Of a stretch of 48,395 nt of DNA, positions 37,159 to 48,006 are shown piece by piece. Below the pieces are notes generated by a model, which did no database searches, was not told where the DNA came from, and saw only the letters and a list, made by a program, of their open reading frames with translations. The DNA is from a virus (lineage: Duplodnaviria; Caudoviricetes). How positions within the stretch are numbered: the first letter of the stretch is position 1; every line of letters begins with the position of its first letter. A program made the translations under genes and the position numbers. The stretch lies in the IMG/VR virus record IMGVR_UViG_3300020045_018023, positions 1-48,395 of that record; one strand, given 5' to 3'.

Positions 37159-38736
37159 ATGGCTGAACTTAATACACTTGATAAAATAAACTTACTTGAA
37201 AATGATGTTGATATGGGGGTGACCGGTGAACTTGAACCTATTCATGTCAGCCCTGACGAAGTTGTTAATTTGAATATTCTTCAAGGAGGTCAATCTGTTG
37301 ATGAAAAAACTGGACTTAGAGAATATTCAAAGCTTGCCATTGTATTTCAAAATCCAAAAATGCAAGATCTTGTTTCAAACATTATTGAGATTCTTAAAAA
37401 CCCTCATGAAGTTCCAGGTGATATCAAAAATATTTTAGATACACCAACAGATAAAGAAATCGAAGGATTTGAACCTATAGAATCTGATTACGATCCTGAA
37501 ATTCAACAAATGGCAGCAACTGGAGATGGCGCAGATAAAGTCATTGTTATGATGCCTACAATTGTAGTTGAATTTTTTGATAAAATTAGAGGATATAAAC
37601 GAAAAGATCATGTACTTGGACTAGAAGAATTCTGGAGTTTGGGAGGTTTCTTGAGATCTGCTGTCCGTGTAGTTTCTACAGTAGCCGGAGGAATCGGTGG
37701 TTTTATGGTTGGTGGTCCAGCAGGTGCTGCTGCTGGCGCTTATGCTGGTAATATGCTTGGTAGAGGTTCAACAGGACAGAAAATGTTTGGTGGCAATAAT
37801 CCTGCATGGAAAGCGGCTGCTCCAAATGCATTATATGGTGGTATAGCAGGTTTAGGTTTAGGTGCCGCTGGGTTTGGAGCAGCTAGTGGAGCAGCTGGTG
37901 CTGGAGCATCCGGTGCTGCAGCAGCTCCAATTGTTAATGGTGTTGCCTCTACAGCTCCCGGAGTAGTTTCTGCTGCGACTCCTTACATAGCATCTGCTGC
38001 ACCATCAATAGCTTCAGCGGCGGCACCTAGCATATTTAGTCAGTATGCAATTCCTGCGGCTATTGCTGCAGGAGGAATGATGTTGAGTAAAAAAGGTGAA
38101 CAAAAACAAGATGAAGCAGCTCAACGTGCATATCAAGAAGATAAAGCGCGTCGAGATGAAATTAATAGACGTGCATTAGGGATATATGATTCTCCTTATA
38201 CAATTTCACCTCGTTCTCATAAATTTGATAGTGATGAGTATTCACGAATAAATTACCATGAACCTAGTAGAACAAATTATAAAAAGGGTGGAAAAGTAAT
38301 AGGTGTTGAAATCGTTGGTAAAGGAACAGGTCAATCCGATCATATTCCACGATCCGTTAAGGAAAACAGTTGGGTATGGGATGCAACAACAGTAGCTCAC
38401 TCAGGTGATGGAACAACTAATGCAGGTCAAAGAGCTATTAAAAAGTTTGAAAAAATGATCGAAAAACATAAGTTACCTGAAGTAATGAATGAAATAGATA
38501 TAAGTATAAAAAAACAACCTTTGCGTACAGTTCCATGTGCTCTTTCAAACGGTGAACGTGTGACACCTCCTCATTTAGTTGCAGCTGTTGGTGATGGTTC
38601 TTTTGATAAAGGTGCATCTATACTACGCAAGATGACTAAAGAATTGCGTCATCATAAAGCTTCAAAAGGTCTCGATTTACCTCCTGCTGCTCATGATTTA
38701 AGTGTTTATTACAAAAAAGCGTTACGGGGAGTGTAA
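37159..38736 (+). CDS. Putative ejection/pilot protein with membrane-insertion segments
   Basis: Gly/Ala zippers (AGGIGGFMVGGPAGAAAGAYAG); C-terminal GKGTGQSDHIP / ALSNGE..P...VAA.GDGS..KGA..L domain. Confidence 0.7.
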   Translation: MAELNTLDKINLLENDVDMGVTGELEPIHVSPDEVVNLNILQGGQSVDEKTGLREYSKLAIVFQNPKMQDLVSNIIEILKNPHEVPGDIKNILDTPTDKEIEGFEPIESDYDPEIQQMAATGDGADKVIVMMPTIVVEFFDKIRGYKRKDHVLGLEEFWSLGGFLRSAVRVVSTVAGGIGGFMVGGPAGAAAGAYAGNMLGRGSTGQKMFGGNNPAWKAAAPNALYGGIAGLGLGAAGFGAASGAAGAGASGAAAAPIVNGVASTAPGVVSAATPYIASAAPSIASAAAPSIFSQYAIPAAIAAGGMMLSKKGEQKQDEAAQRAYQEDKARRDEINRRALGIYDSPYTISPRSHKFDSDEYSRINYHEPSRTNYKKGGKVIGVEIVGKGTGQSDHIPRSVKENSWVWDATTVAHSGDGTTNAGQRAIKKFEKMIEKHKLPEVMNEIDISIKKQPLRTVPCALSNGERVTPPHLVAAVGDGSFDKGASILRKMTKELRHHKASKGLDLPPAAHDLSVYYKKALRGV

Positions 38737-38739
38737 ACA

Positions 38740-41700
38740 ATGCATGATTTAACACGGCAAGAAATAGAAAATGAACTCATTTCAAGAGGTGTAATAAGGC
38801 GAAATAATGCGAGAAGTTACCCAACAGAAACTATTACTAGGTTAGCTCTAGCAAATAATATTCCATTAACGAATAATAATATAATTACTCGTCCTAAGAC
38901 CGATGAGGAATTACGTAATGAAATAAGGATTCCTAATGCATCAACCGCTTTTCATTATGGCTTTAATAGAAGTTTGATGCATAGTGATAGAGAAGAACTA
39001 AATAATTTGGCTAGAGAACGAAATATTCCCGTTACAATTGATGAACCTGAAGTTAGACCAAGAAATACTAATCCAACACCAGAATATACAAGACGTGGTA
39101 GACAAGAACGTACTGCTTCCCAAAGTGAGAATGATCGAAGATCAATCTTACCTTCGATGGATTTAACTCAATATGGTACACGATATGGACCTTTGGTCAG
39201 TCGTCGTCGATCTGCAGGGCATCAACTTCCACAAATAGAGAATCCAGAAACACTTTTGGCTTTACCAGAACGTATAGCTGAACAACAACAAACTTTAAAT
39301 CAAAGAATTACGCCAACAGTACTTGAAAACAGAGCATCATCTGTACCAGAACATTCATCTGAACAGCAGAGAATGCCATCAACTAGGCATGAACAGCAAA
39401 GAATGACATCAGATACGCAAGAAGGATTAAGAAGGTTTGGCGAAAGGCAAAATAGAATACATCAAGATCAAGATGAGGGATTAAATTCATATAACCCTAC
39501 AAGAGAATATGAAAATCCTTTTATTTATTCTAATACTTCAGATACACAGCGAAGAATTGAAAATATGGAAAATGCTTTAGAAGGGCCATCTACAGAGTCA
39601 ATACCTTCAACCGAAGCTGAACAAAGAAAGATAATGGAACTTGCATTTCATAATTATTATTCTCCATATCATCAATATAAAGGTAATCCTGTTGCTGAAT
39701 TGGCTCCTTTGCAAAAAAAATCAAGAAGTTTATTAGAAAAAAGTTCTCCTTATTCCAATAGAGCGGAGAGGGAGCATTTATCATATAAAGAAGCTTTAAC
39801 ACCATTTTTAACAGAGAAAATATCAAGTGAGGCATCTAACCCATATATTGAGAGAATGAGTGAAAATCCTGCACGCTATCATCGTGAATTAATGGGAGAT
39901 ACTGAACGTGAACATTTAGATTCCATAAGGAATGAAGCACAAGAAATGTTCAATCAAGATATATTACCTGGTATTCGCGCTAAATATCAGATACCAGGTT
40001 TACGTCAACATGGACATATGGCTCGTGATATAAATCAAGCTTCAGAAAAATTTGGTAAAGGTGTAGCAAGCAATATATCAAAAGCAAAACTTGATATGCT
40101 TGGTAAAACACTTGGTGTTTCTCAAAATCATGCGGAAACACTCGGAAAAGCTGCTCAATTAAAAAGTAAAGCTGCTGAAAAAGATAGAGCTAACCAATTA
40201 GAAGCTTTTTCTACACTTAAACAGTTCAATCAAGAACAAGAAGCACGAAAAAATAAACATACAGCAGCATTAAATGTTTTAGGCGTTTCAGATGCAGCTC
40301 GTACACAAGATCGTATTAATGCACAAAAAGAAAGATATAATGAAGCACGAAATGCTCCGGAAGAAAAACTAGGAAGGCTTTCTAATATCCAAAAAGGATT
40401 CCAACATACATCTTTAATAGAACCAGCAAAACGCGTTCAATCAACAGCTGGCGAAATGGAAAAAACATTAGGATCTGCGTTGTTAGGGCAAGCCGGGCAT
40501 CAATTTGGATTTACACAAAATTCACAACAAGCTCACAAAAAAGGTGGACGTATTAAAAAAGATTTTGGTGGGATTGTAAATCCTTCTGAAACAGCAATTC
40601 AAAATTCTATTGTTCAAAAATCTGATCCAATTTATGAACTTCGTCGACTTATGAATTTGCCTGATCCAGTGCAACAATATGCGACAGGTGGAATTGTTAA
40701 TCCAATTCAAGCTGGTGCACAAGAAGCACAACAGTATGTTGGTCATTCGGCGATGAAAAAGAAATTAGAACGCATGCGTCAACCCGTAGAAAATCCGGGT
40801 ATGATGGGTCATTTCATGGCTGGTGCAGGCGCAATGGGGAATAACAAAGGCTGGTTAGCTGATTCATTACGAAGTTTGCATGCAGGATATAGTAGTGCTA
40901 AAGCTGAGCAGAATGCAGGGAAACAACGAATAGATTCTGCAGACGATCTTGAATACCAATTAATGAATGATGTTGAAGAAAAAAAACGTGAAGAAAGAAA
41001 AATGGCTCTTCAAGAAAAGGTTGCTAATGCTCAAGTAGATAAGTATAACCATCAAGCGCGTGAATCATCTTTAAAAGAACATAAGCCTAAAATAACAAAT
41101 CATAATATTGATGAAATAAAACGTGCAAGAGAAGGATTGTCAGCATTAGATTCAGCAGATATTGCTGTTGATGAAGCTTATAATTCTTTAGCCAAAGTTC
41201 CAACAGGTGCTAAACATGGAGCTGTTATATCAAAGACACCTTTAGGTGCTGGCCCTGGTCTTGTTTCTCTTTATGAAAATATTTTTGGAGGATCTAATAA
41301 AGAAGATATAACTACACAAAAATATGAAGATGCCAATGCACAATCAAAAGCAGCATTAGAAGCCGTCATACAATCTTATAAAATGTCTAATAAACATCGT
41401 ATGACTAATGAAGAATTGCAAAAAATTGAACAAGCTAAATTATCACCAGATCTTACTGAAAATCAAAATAAATTGACGCGTGATAAAATCATAAATACCA
41501 ATCGAGTTAAAAAAATAAATTTGATTAAATCAATGATAGATAATAACGCATCTGAAGAAGATATTATTTCAGAAATGCAGATGTACGGCATTACCCCAGA
41601 AGATCTTAATACAAATATTAGAAATAATTTAAGTTCAAAAGATGCTGATAATTATTTAGAACAGAATTCTAATAAAGCGCCTATTTCAAATATAGCTCCT

Positions 41701-41766
41701 ATAGATAAAATTTCTCCACGCACTAAACTTGAATTATTAGAAGAAGCAAGGAGGAAAGCATCATGA
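38740..41766 (+). CDS. Large internal virion (DNA ejection) protein
   Basis: 1008 aa, helical and Q/E/A-rich; PY.QY.G..VA.L.PLQ motif; after the nozzle gene. Confidence 0.65.
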   Translation: MHDLTRQEIENELISRGVIRRNNARSYPTETITRLALANNIPLTNNNIITRPKTDEELRNEIRIPNASTAFHYGFNRSLMHSDREELNNLARERNIPVTIDEPEVRPRNTNPTPEYTRRGRQERTASQSENDRRSILPSMDLTQYGTRYGPLVSRRRSAGHQLPQIENPETLLALPERIAEQQQTLNQRITPTVLENRASSVPEHSSEQQRMPSTRHEQQRMTSDTQEGLRRFGERQNRIHQDQDEGLNSYNPTREYENPFIYSNTSDTQRRIENMENALEGPSTESIPSTEAEQRKIMELAFHNYYSPYHQYKGNPVAELAPLQKKSRSLLEKSSPYSNRAEREHLSYKEALTPFLTEKISSEASNPYIERMSENPARYHRELMGDTEREHLDSIRNEAQEMFNQDILPGIRAKYQIPGLRQHGHMARDINQASEKFGKGVASNISKAKLDMLGKTLGVSQNHAETLGKAAQLKSKAAEKDRANQLEAFSTLKQFNQEQEARKNKHTAALNVLGVSDAARTQDRINAQKERYNEARNAPEEKLGRLSNIQKGFQHTSLIEPAKRVQSTAGEMEKTLGSALLGQAGHQFGFTQNSQQAHKKGGRIKKDFGGIVNPSETAIQNSIVQKSDPIYELRRLMNLPDPVQQYATGGIVNPIQAGAQEAQQYVGHSAMKKKLERMRQPVENPGMMGHFMAGAGAMGNNKGWLADSLRSLHAGYSSAKAEQNAGKQRIDSADDLEYQLMNDVEEKKREERKMALQEKVANAQVDKYNHQARESSLKEHKPKITNHNIDEIKRAREGLSALDSADIAVDEAYNSLAKVPTGAKHGAVISKTPLGAGPGLVSLYENIFGGSNKEDITTQKYEDANAQSKAALEAVIQSYKMSNKHRMTNEELQKIEQAKLSPDLTENQNKLTRDKIINTNRVKKINLIKSMIDNNASEEDIISEMQMYGITPEDLNTNIRNNLSSKDADNYLEQNSNKAPISNIAPIDKISPRTKLELLEEARRKAS

Positions 41767-43586
41767 CCAATCCTTTTTTAGGACTTCCAGCACATCAAAT
41801 AGATGCAATGATTGCAGAAGAAAAGGCTAAAGAAAATGAAAATAACCCTTATATTGGACTGCCAAAAGATCAAATAGATGCAATGATTGCAGAAGAAAAA
41901 GGGAATAAAAATTCTTTAGCTAAATCTTTTGCGAAGGAATTAGCTATGGCTGCAAGAGAAGGAGCAGGCTCAGTTGGTGATGTTGTTGATTTTGTTACTA
42001 TGTTACCAAACGCTGCATTAAAAGGTGTTGGTTTGCCTCAAATACCTTCTCAAGGTGAAAATATTAGGAAAGGTATTGATTATTATTCTAATGATTATGC
42101 AAAACCAACAACAGATCCTGAAAAAATCAGAGCATCTATATATGGCTTTGCTGCACCTGGAGTTCTTAATAAAGTAAATGCAATTGGAAAAGGAGGATCA
42201 CTTCTTGCAAAAACAACGAAAGAATTCCTTAAACCAACTGTATTAGGTGGCGCCGCTACTGGTGTTTCTCAACATGTTTTGAATAAAGAGCCTGAAAATT
42301 ACTTGGGAGCTGTTGGTGCAGGATTACTTACATCTACATTAGGTGGTATAGGTAAAAAAGGAGTTAAAAATGTTGTAGATCAAACGCGAATTGCTCGTGT
42401 GCACAATCCTAATGCGCAAATAAAAATATTAGATAAGATTTCAGCTAATCAAGGTTTAAACCCAGTTCATGAAGCAGAAATTGGTAAAGAACTTATTAAA
42501 TCTGCTGAAAAACAACGTAATGATTATGCTAAAATATTTCAACACAGATATAATAAAACAGATGCTTATTATAATAAATTGACAAAAGGAAATCGTAATG
42601 AAAAACGTTTTGTTGATGTTGATTCGACGGTTGGTTGGATTGCGGATGAATATAAGAAACTTGAATCCCCTATTGCAAAACAAAAGTTTTTATCAAGTAA
42701 ATTAGGTAATAAATTTAAGAATCTATTACAAATACATGATGTAGAGGATATTGATAAATTATTAAATGTATATAAACATAAATTCGATGTTCCTAAAATT
42801 CCATATCATGAAGCACGAGCTCTTCAAAAAGATATAATGAATGATTTAAGCAAATCACTTGAAATAGGTAACATTGAAAAAGGACAATTCAAACAAGTAT
42901 CTAAAAGATTGAGTGATTCTATTGGTAGTGTTTTCAAAGATTCACCTCAAATGCAAAAATATTGGCATAAAACAAATGATATGTATTCTTCATTTCTTGA
43001 CGGAGATAAAAATCGCATCAATGATATTCTTAAACACAAGCCAAAACCACGCCATAATAATCCAGGAAATCCTATAGAAGCTTATCGAAATACAGCAGCT
43101 AAAATTCTTACCAAGGAAGACCCACGTGATCTTGATTTTATTCTTAAAGGATTAAATGAACAAGGAAAACATAAGGTTTCTAAAGGTTTTTATGAATCAT
43201 TAGGGACGGAAAAAGGTAAATATAATCCTTTAAAAGGTAAGGAAAGTTTTGCTGGTTTACAACCTGAAACACGTAATCCTTTATTTTCAAATCTTTCAAA
43301 TAAAGATCGCATTAAGATTGAATCTAGTAATGATCTTTTAGATCAGTTTATGCATGAAAAGAATCAACCTCATAAAACAGCTCATGGAGTTATACCATCT
43401 TTATCTAAAAAGATACTCTCTGTAACAGGTATGAAAGTTCCTAGTTTATGGACAGGAGATAAATCTATTTCTAAAACAATTGATGCTTTGGAAAGAAGAA
43501 TTCCACAAACAAATATGAATAAATTTGTTCCTAAAACAGTAGGTAAGGGTTTGAGAACAATATTAGAACCGTTAAGAAATCATTAG
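41763..43586 (+). CDS. Internal virion (ejection) protein
   Basis: N-terminal duplicated NP(F/Y).GLP..QIDAMIAEEK, Gly-rich amphipathic segment, helical body. Confidence 0.65.
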   Translation: MTNPFLGLPAHQIDAMIAEEKAKENENNPYIGLPKDQIDAMIAEEKGNKNSLAKSFAKELAMAAREGAGSVGDVVDFVTMLPNAALKGVGLPQIPSQGENIRKGIDYYSNDYAKPTTDPEKIRASIYGFAAPGVLNKVNAIGKGGSLLAKTTKEFLKPTVLGGAATGVSQHVLNKEPENYLGAVGAGLLTSTLGGIGKKGVKNVVDQTRIARVHNPNAQIKILDKISANQGLNPVHEAEIGKELIKSAEKQRNDYAKIFQHRYNKTDAYYNKLTKGNRNEKRFVDVDSTVGWIADEYKKLESPIAKQKFLSSKLGNKFKNLLQIHDVEDIDKLLNVYKHKFDVPKIPYHEARALQKDIMNDLSKSLEIGNIEKGQFKQVSKRLSDSIGSVFKDSPQMQKYWHKTNDMYSSFLDGDKNRINDILKHKPKPRHNNPGNPIEAYRNTAAKILTKEDPRDLDFILKGLNEQGKHKVSKGFYESLGTEKGKYNPLKGKESFAGLQPETRNPLFSNLSNKDRIKIESSNDLLDQFMHEKNQPHKTAHGVIPSLSKKILSVTGMKVPSLWTGDKSISKTIDALERRIPQTNMNKFVPKTVGKGLRTILEPLRNH

Positions 43587-43775
43587 GTAACTAAAGTAAA
43601 AGAATTGGGTGCATCAAACACCCAAATCAATGGTATTACTCACATAAGCAATAATAACAATTTTTTCGAAATATTTACAGTAGCAAATACCTGTGAAAAT
43701 CCCTGTGAAAATTTAGAAAGAATTAGCATAAGTAACAATAACAATTTTTACAAAGAAAATAAAGTTTAAAATTCA

Positions 43776-43800
43776 AAAAAAAGAGGGAATAATTCCCCCT
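43776..43800 (-). terminator. Intrinsic terminator of groEL
   Basis: Minus strand agggggaa-tta-ttccctct followed by a T-run, immediately after the groEL stop. Confidence 0.7.
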
Positions 43801-43804
43801 AATT

Positions 43805-45445
<1,641 letters not shown>

Positions 45446-45766
45446 TTATATATTAATGTTTACAGGTAATTCACCAAGGTTATTTTTATATAGATGGGTA
45501 GCTACTTTATCTTTTAGTTTCTCTAAATTATATATTTTATGTCTTGAGGTTGTAGATGGGATAACTTCCATATAGACAGAAAGACCTGTTGAATTATGAG
45601 TAATTTGTCCATAACCAGGTGAAAGTTCACTCCAAACCATGTCATTTTCTTTGAGAAGTTTCATGAAATTAAATTTATCAATACCTTTTCTGCTTCGTTC
45701 AAATGTAAGCAAAATAAGCTTTTCCTTTTCAAGTTCAGTAATTTTGTATAAATGGTTATTCGACAA
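45446..45766 (-). CDS. Hypothetical protein with weak similarity to release-factor domain 3
   Basis: caggag SD before a TTG start; 9 nt upstream of groEL; ITHNSTGLSV....SRHK...LEKLKDKV resembles RF ITH.PTG.VV....RSQHKN...A...L..KL. Confidence 0.6.
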   Translation of the reverse strand: MSNNHLYKITELEKEKLILLTFERSRKGIDKFNFMKLLKENDMVWSELSPGYGQITHNSTGLSVYMEVIPSTTSRHKIYNLEKLKDKVATHLYKNNLGELPVNINI

Positions 45767-46042
45767 AAATAAAACTCCTGATATAAAATATAAAATTATA
45801 TTTCATTAACTCGTGCTCATAACAGCTAAAACAAGACATGGAAAGTGATAGTTGACTGATAATTTCTCACATTGATAATACTATGATATTAAAAATATAT
45901 TTTCAATAAGTTTGTTTAAGATTTTAACTAAAAATGTGAAAAATTTATTTTTTTAAACAAAAGATTTGCATTTTAGTTATAATTTATTGCAGAATGATTT
46001 TGGAAATATACTTGTCATGGTTTGTTTCTGTAGGTTTATAAC

Positions 46043-46075
46043 AAAAAAACCCCCAACACCTCATAAGTGCGGGGG
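46043..46075 (-). terminator. Strong minus-strand intrinsic terminator with no upstream minus-strand gene
   Basis: cccccgcac-ttatgag-gtgttggggg followed by 7 T. Confidence 0.7.
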
Positions 46076-46284
46076 AATTTTCAAACATAAGGACTTTAGG
46101 TAAAAATCATGTTTTATTAGTTAGTATAAAAATAAAAGGTTAAAAGCACCTTCATAGTATAAATCAGAATAACAATCCACTTGTAAAAAAGTGTTACTCA
46201 AATTAACAGACAAAGCCAAAATACATCCCCAAATTTTCAAAGTAATGGATGTATTTTTTAAACAAGATAAATCGAGCAAAAAAA

Positions 46285-46424
46285 CTCTAACTTTAACTTT
46301 AACTCTATTTCAAGATTTAACTCTATTTCTAGATTTAACTTTAGTTTTAGATTTAACTTTAACTTTAGTTTTAGCTCAAACGATTTAGCTTAACAATTTA
46401 GCTCGAACAATTTAGCTCGAACAA
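46285..46424. repeat. Iteron-like repeat cluster upstream of the replication initiator (candidate origin)
   Basis: 6/18-bp periodic tttaact/gatttaactctatttc units, then four 13-14-bp tttagctcgaacaa-like units (46370, 46384, 46397, 46411) abutting the rep SD. Confidence 0.8.
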
Positions 46425-46442
46425 TAAGGAATACTAACAATC

Positions 46443-47879
46443 ATGCCGTTTACAGTCAATGTTTTTTTACAAGACTCCAATAATACGTCACGTTATATTG
46501 TGAAAAAGGAATTATTCAGGCATCCTCTTGTTAATAGAACAATGTTCAAAAATAATTCTTCCACCACAAAAATGAATAAAAATACAGCAGACACGCTTTA
46601 TTGGTTAATTGTTCAAGCACGTGAACAACGTGATAATTTAAAATTTCGTGTATCAAATAATTATATAAAAGAGACTGTTTGTTGTAGTTACAGATCTGTT
46701 TCACGTTATTTAAAATCTCTTGAAGATAGAGGATATATTATCCGATCATCTATTATAAATTCAGATGGTAAGAGTTGTAAAAAAACTAACTATTTTGAAA
46801 TTTGTTGGCTTAAATTGTTTGAAGATTTTGGCGAAAACCTTTTTGTTGATTTTATGCATAATATGATCACTTTTATAAAGAATAGAATAGAGAAACTCAA
46901 AGCTTTTTTTAAGTCCGCGTATCGGCCACTTTGTCATACAGATAAACCTATATCTTCTAACGAAGATATATATATATATATAAAGGAAAATTTTAAAAAA
47001 TCTGAGGAAATTTCTATAGAGCAAGAAGTTTTACTAAAAGGAGAATATAATGATCCACTTGATTCTCTTCTCACCGAGAATGAACCAGAGAATCGTAGCT
47101 ATTTTAACAGAGAAATTCGTATATGCCCTGATGAGTGGCGAAAAATTGCAATAAAAGAAAAAATGAGTGAAGAGTATATTGATGATGAATTCATTGAATT
47201 TAGGGATTATTGGTTAAGTCTTGGACAAATAAAAGGGGCAAAGAAAGCGAGTTGGACACGTACATGGAGGAATCGTATACGTTATGCTATTAACTATTAT
47301 GGAACAACTTACAAAAGAGCCAAGCCCACTGAAGAACAATGGAAATCATCTTATAATATACCAAATGATCAATATTCTTTAATATCACATACTCAAATGA
47401 ACATTACTTCGGATGAAATACAAAATGATTGTAAGTCAAACTTAGTTACTGGTTTAATAGATAATGAACATATTGTTAACAATGAATATTCCTTCAATCT
47501 TTTTAAAGTATTTTATACAGTAAAGGCGGCAGATGTGCGTGATACAAAGGAAGGTTGGCTTGAACGCTGGCATAAGTGGAATCGTAGAAAAGGAATATCG
47601 TTAATTGTTCCAAAAGAGAAACCGAGTGAAATTAAAATAACGATTCCTGAAAAGTGTCATGATATTTATGAGACTCTTTTAAATAAACTTGGTAAAGGAA
47701 ACTATTCCTTTTTAATTCAAGATTCAGTAATCACTCAATTGGATGAACCAACTGCGGATGATGATTATATTCTTCATCCAAAATCAACATTTATATATAG
47801 CCGTTTGAAAACACCTGATGTTTGGGATATTCTACAACATTTAAGAATAAATGTAATTGATCCACAGAAAAAAAGTTGA
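46443..47879 (+). CDS. Replication initiator (N-terminal wHTH, central FRDYW/WRN domain, C-terminal DnaA_N-like)
   Basis: VSNNYIKETVCCSYRSVSRYLKSLEDRGYI (HTH); EFRDYW....G.KK.SW..TWRN.IR; IYETLLNKLGKGNY.......ILHPKSTFI..RL resembles the DnaA N-terminal domain. Confidence 0.75.
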   Translation: MPFTVNVFLQDSNNTSRYIVKKELFRHPLVNRTMFKNNSSTTKMNKNTADTLYWLIVQAREQRDNLKFRVSNNYIKETVCCSYRSVSRYLKSLEDRGYIIRSSIINSDGKSCKKTNYFEICWLKLFEDFGENLFVDFMHNMITFIKNRIEKLKAFFKSAYRPLCHTDKPISSNEDIYIYIKENFKKSEEISIEQEVLLKGEYNDPLDSLLTENEPENRSYFNREIRICPDEWRKIAIKEKMSEEYIDDEFIEFRDYWLSLGQIKGAKKASWTRTWRNRIRYAINYYGTTYKRAKPTEEQWKSSYNIPNDQYSLISHTQMNITSDEIQNDCKSNLVTGLIDNEHIVNNEYSFNLFKVFYTVKAADVRDTKEGWLERWHKWNRRKGISLIVPKEKPSEIKITIPEKCHDIYETLLNKLGKGNYSFLIQDSVITQLDEPTADDDYILHPKSTFIYSRLKTPDVWDILQHLRINVIDPQKKS

Positions 47880-47904
47880 TTTTTATATAAAAAGTTAGTA
47901 CTAT
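47876..47904 (+). promoter_or_regulatory. Putative sigma70 promoter for the zinc-finger/endolysin unit
   Basis: TTGATT-N17-TACTAT, immediately followed by a 10-bp hairpin (47911-47939). Confidence 0.45.
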
Positions 47905-48006
47905 ATACTTGTGATGTACGCTTAAAAAATGTACATCACTTCATGGGGATTTATAGGATGATAAACTATATTTCCTCTTCCATCCTAATTGGCTTAGGAA
48001 TCCGAA

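Noticed and set aside
45767-46040. CIRCE heat-shock operator upstream of the groEL operon
   Set aside because: No TTAGCACTC-N9-GAGTGCTAA match found by eye.
46191-46388. 65-aa ORF upstream of rep (LTLTLTL...)
   Set aside because: Its C-terminal half is a translation of the 6-bp repeats and it has a GTG start with no clear SD. A leader-peptide role cannot be fully excluded.
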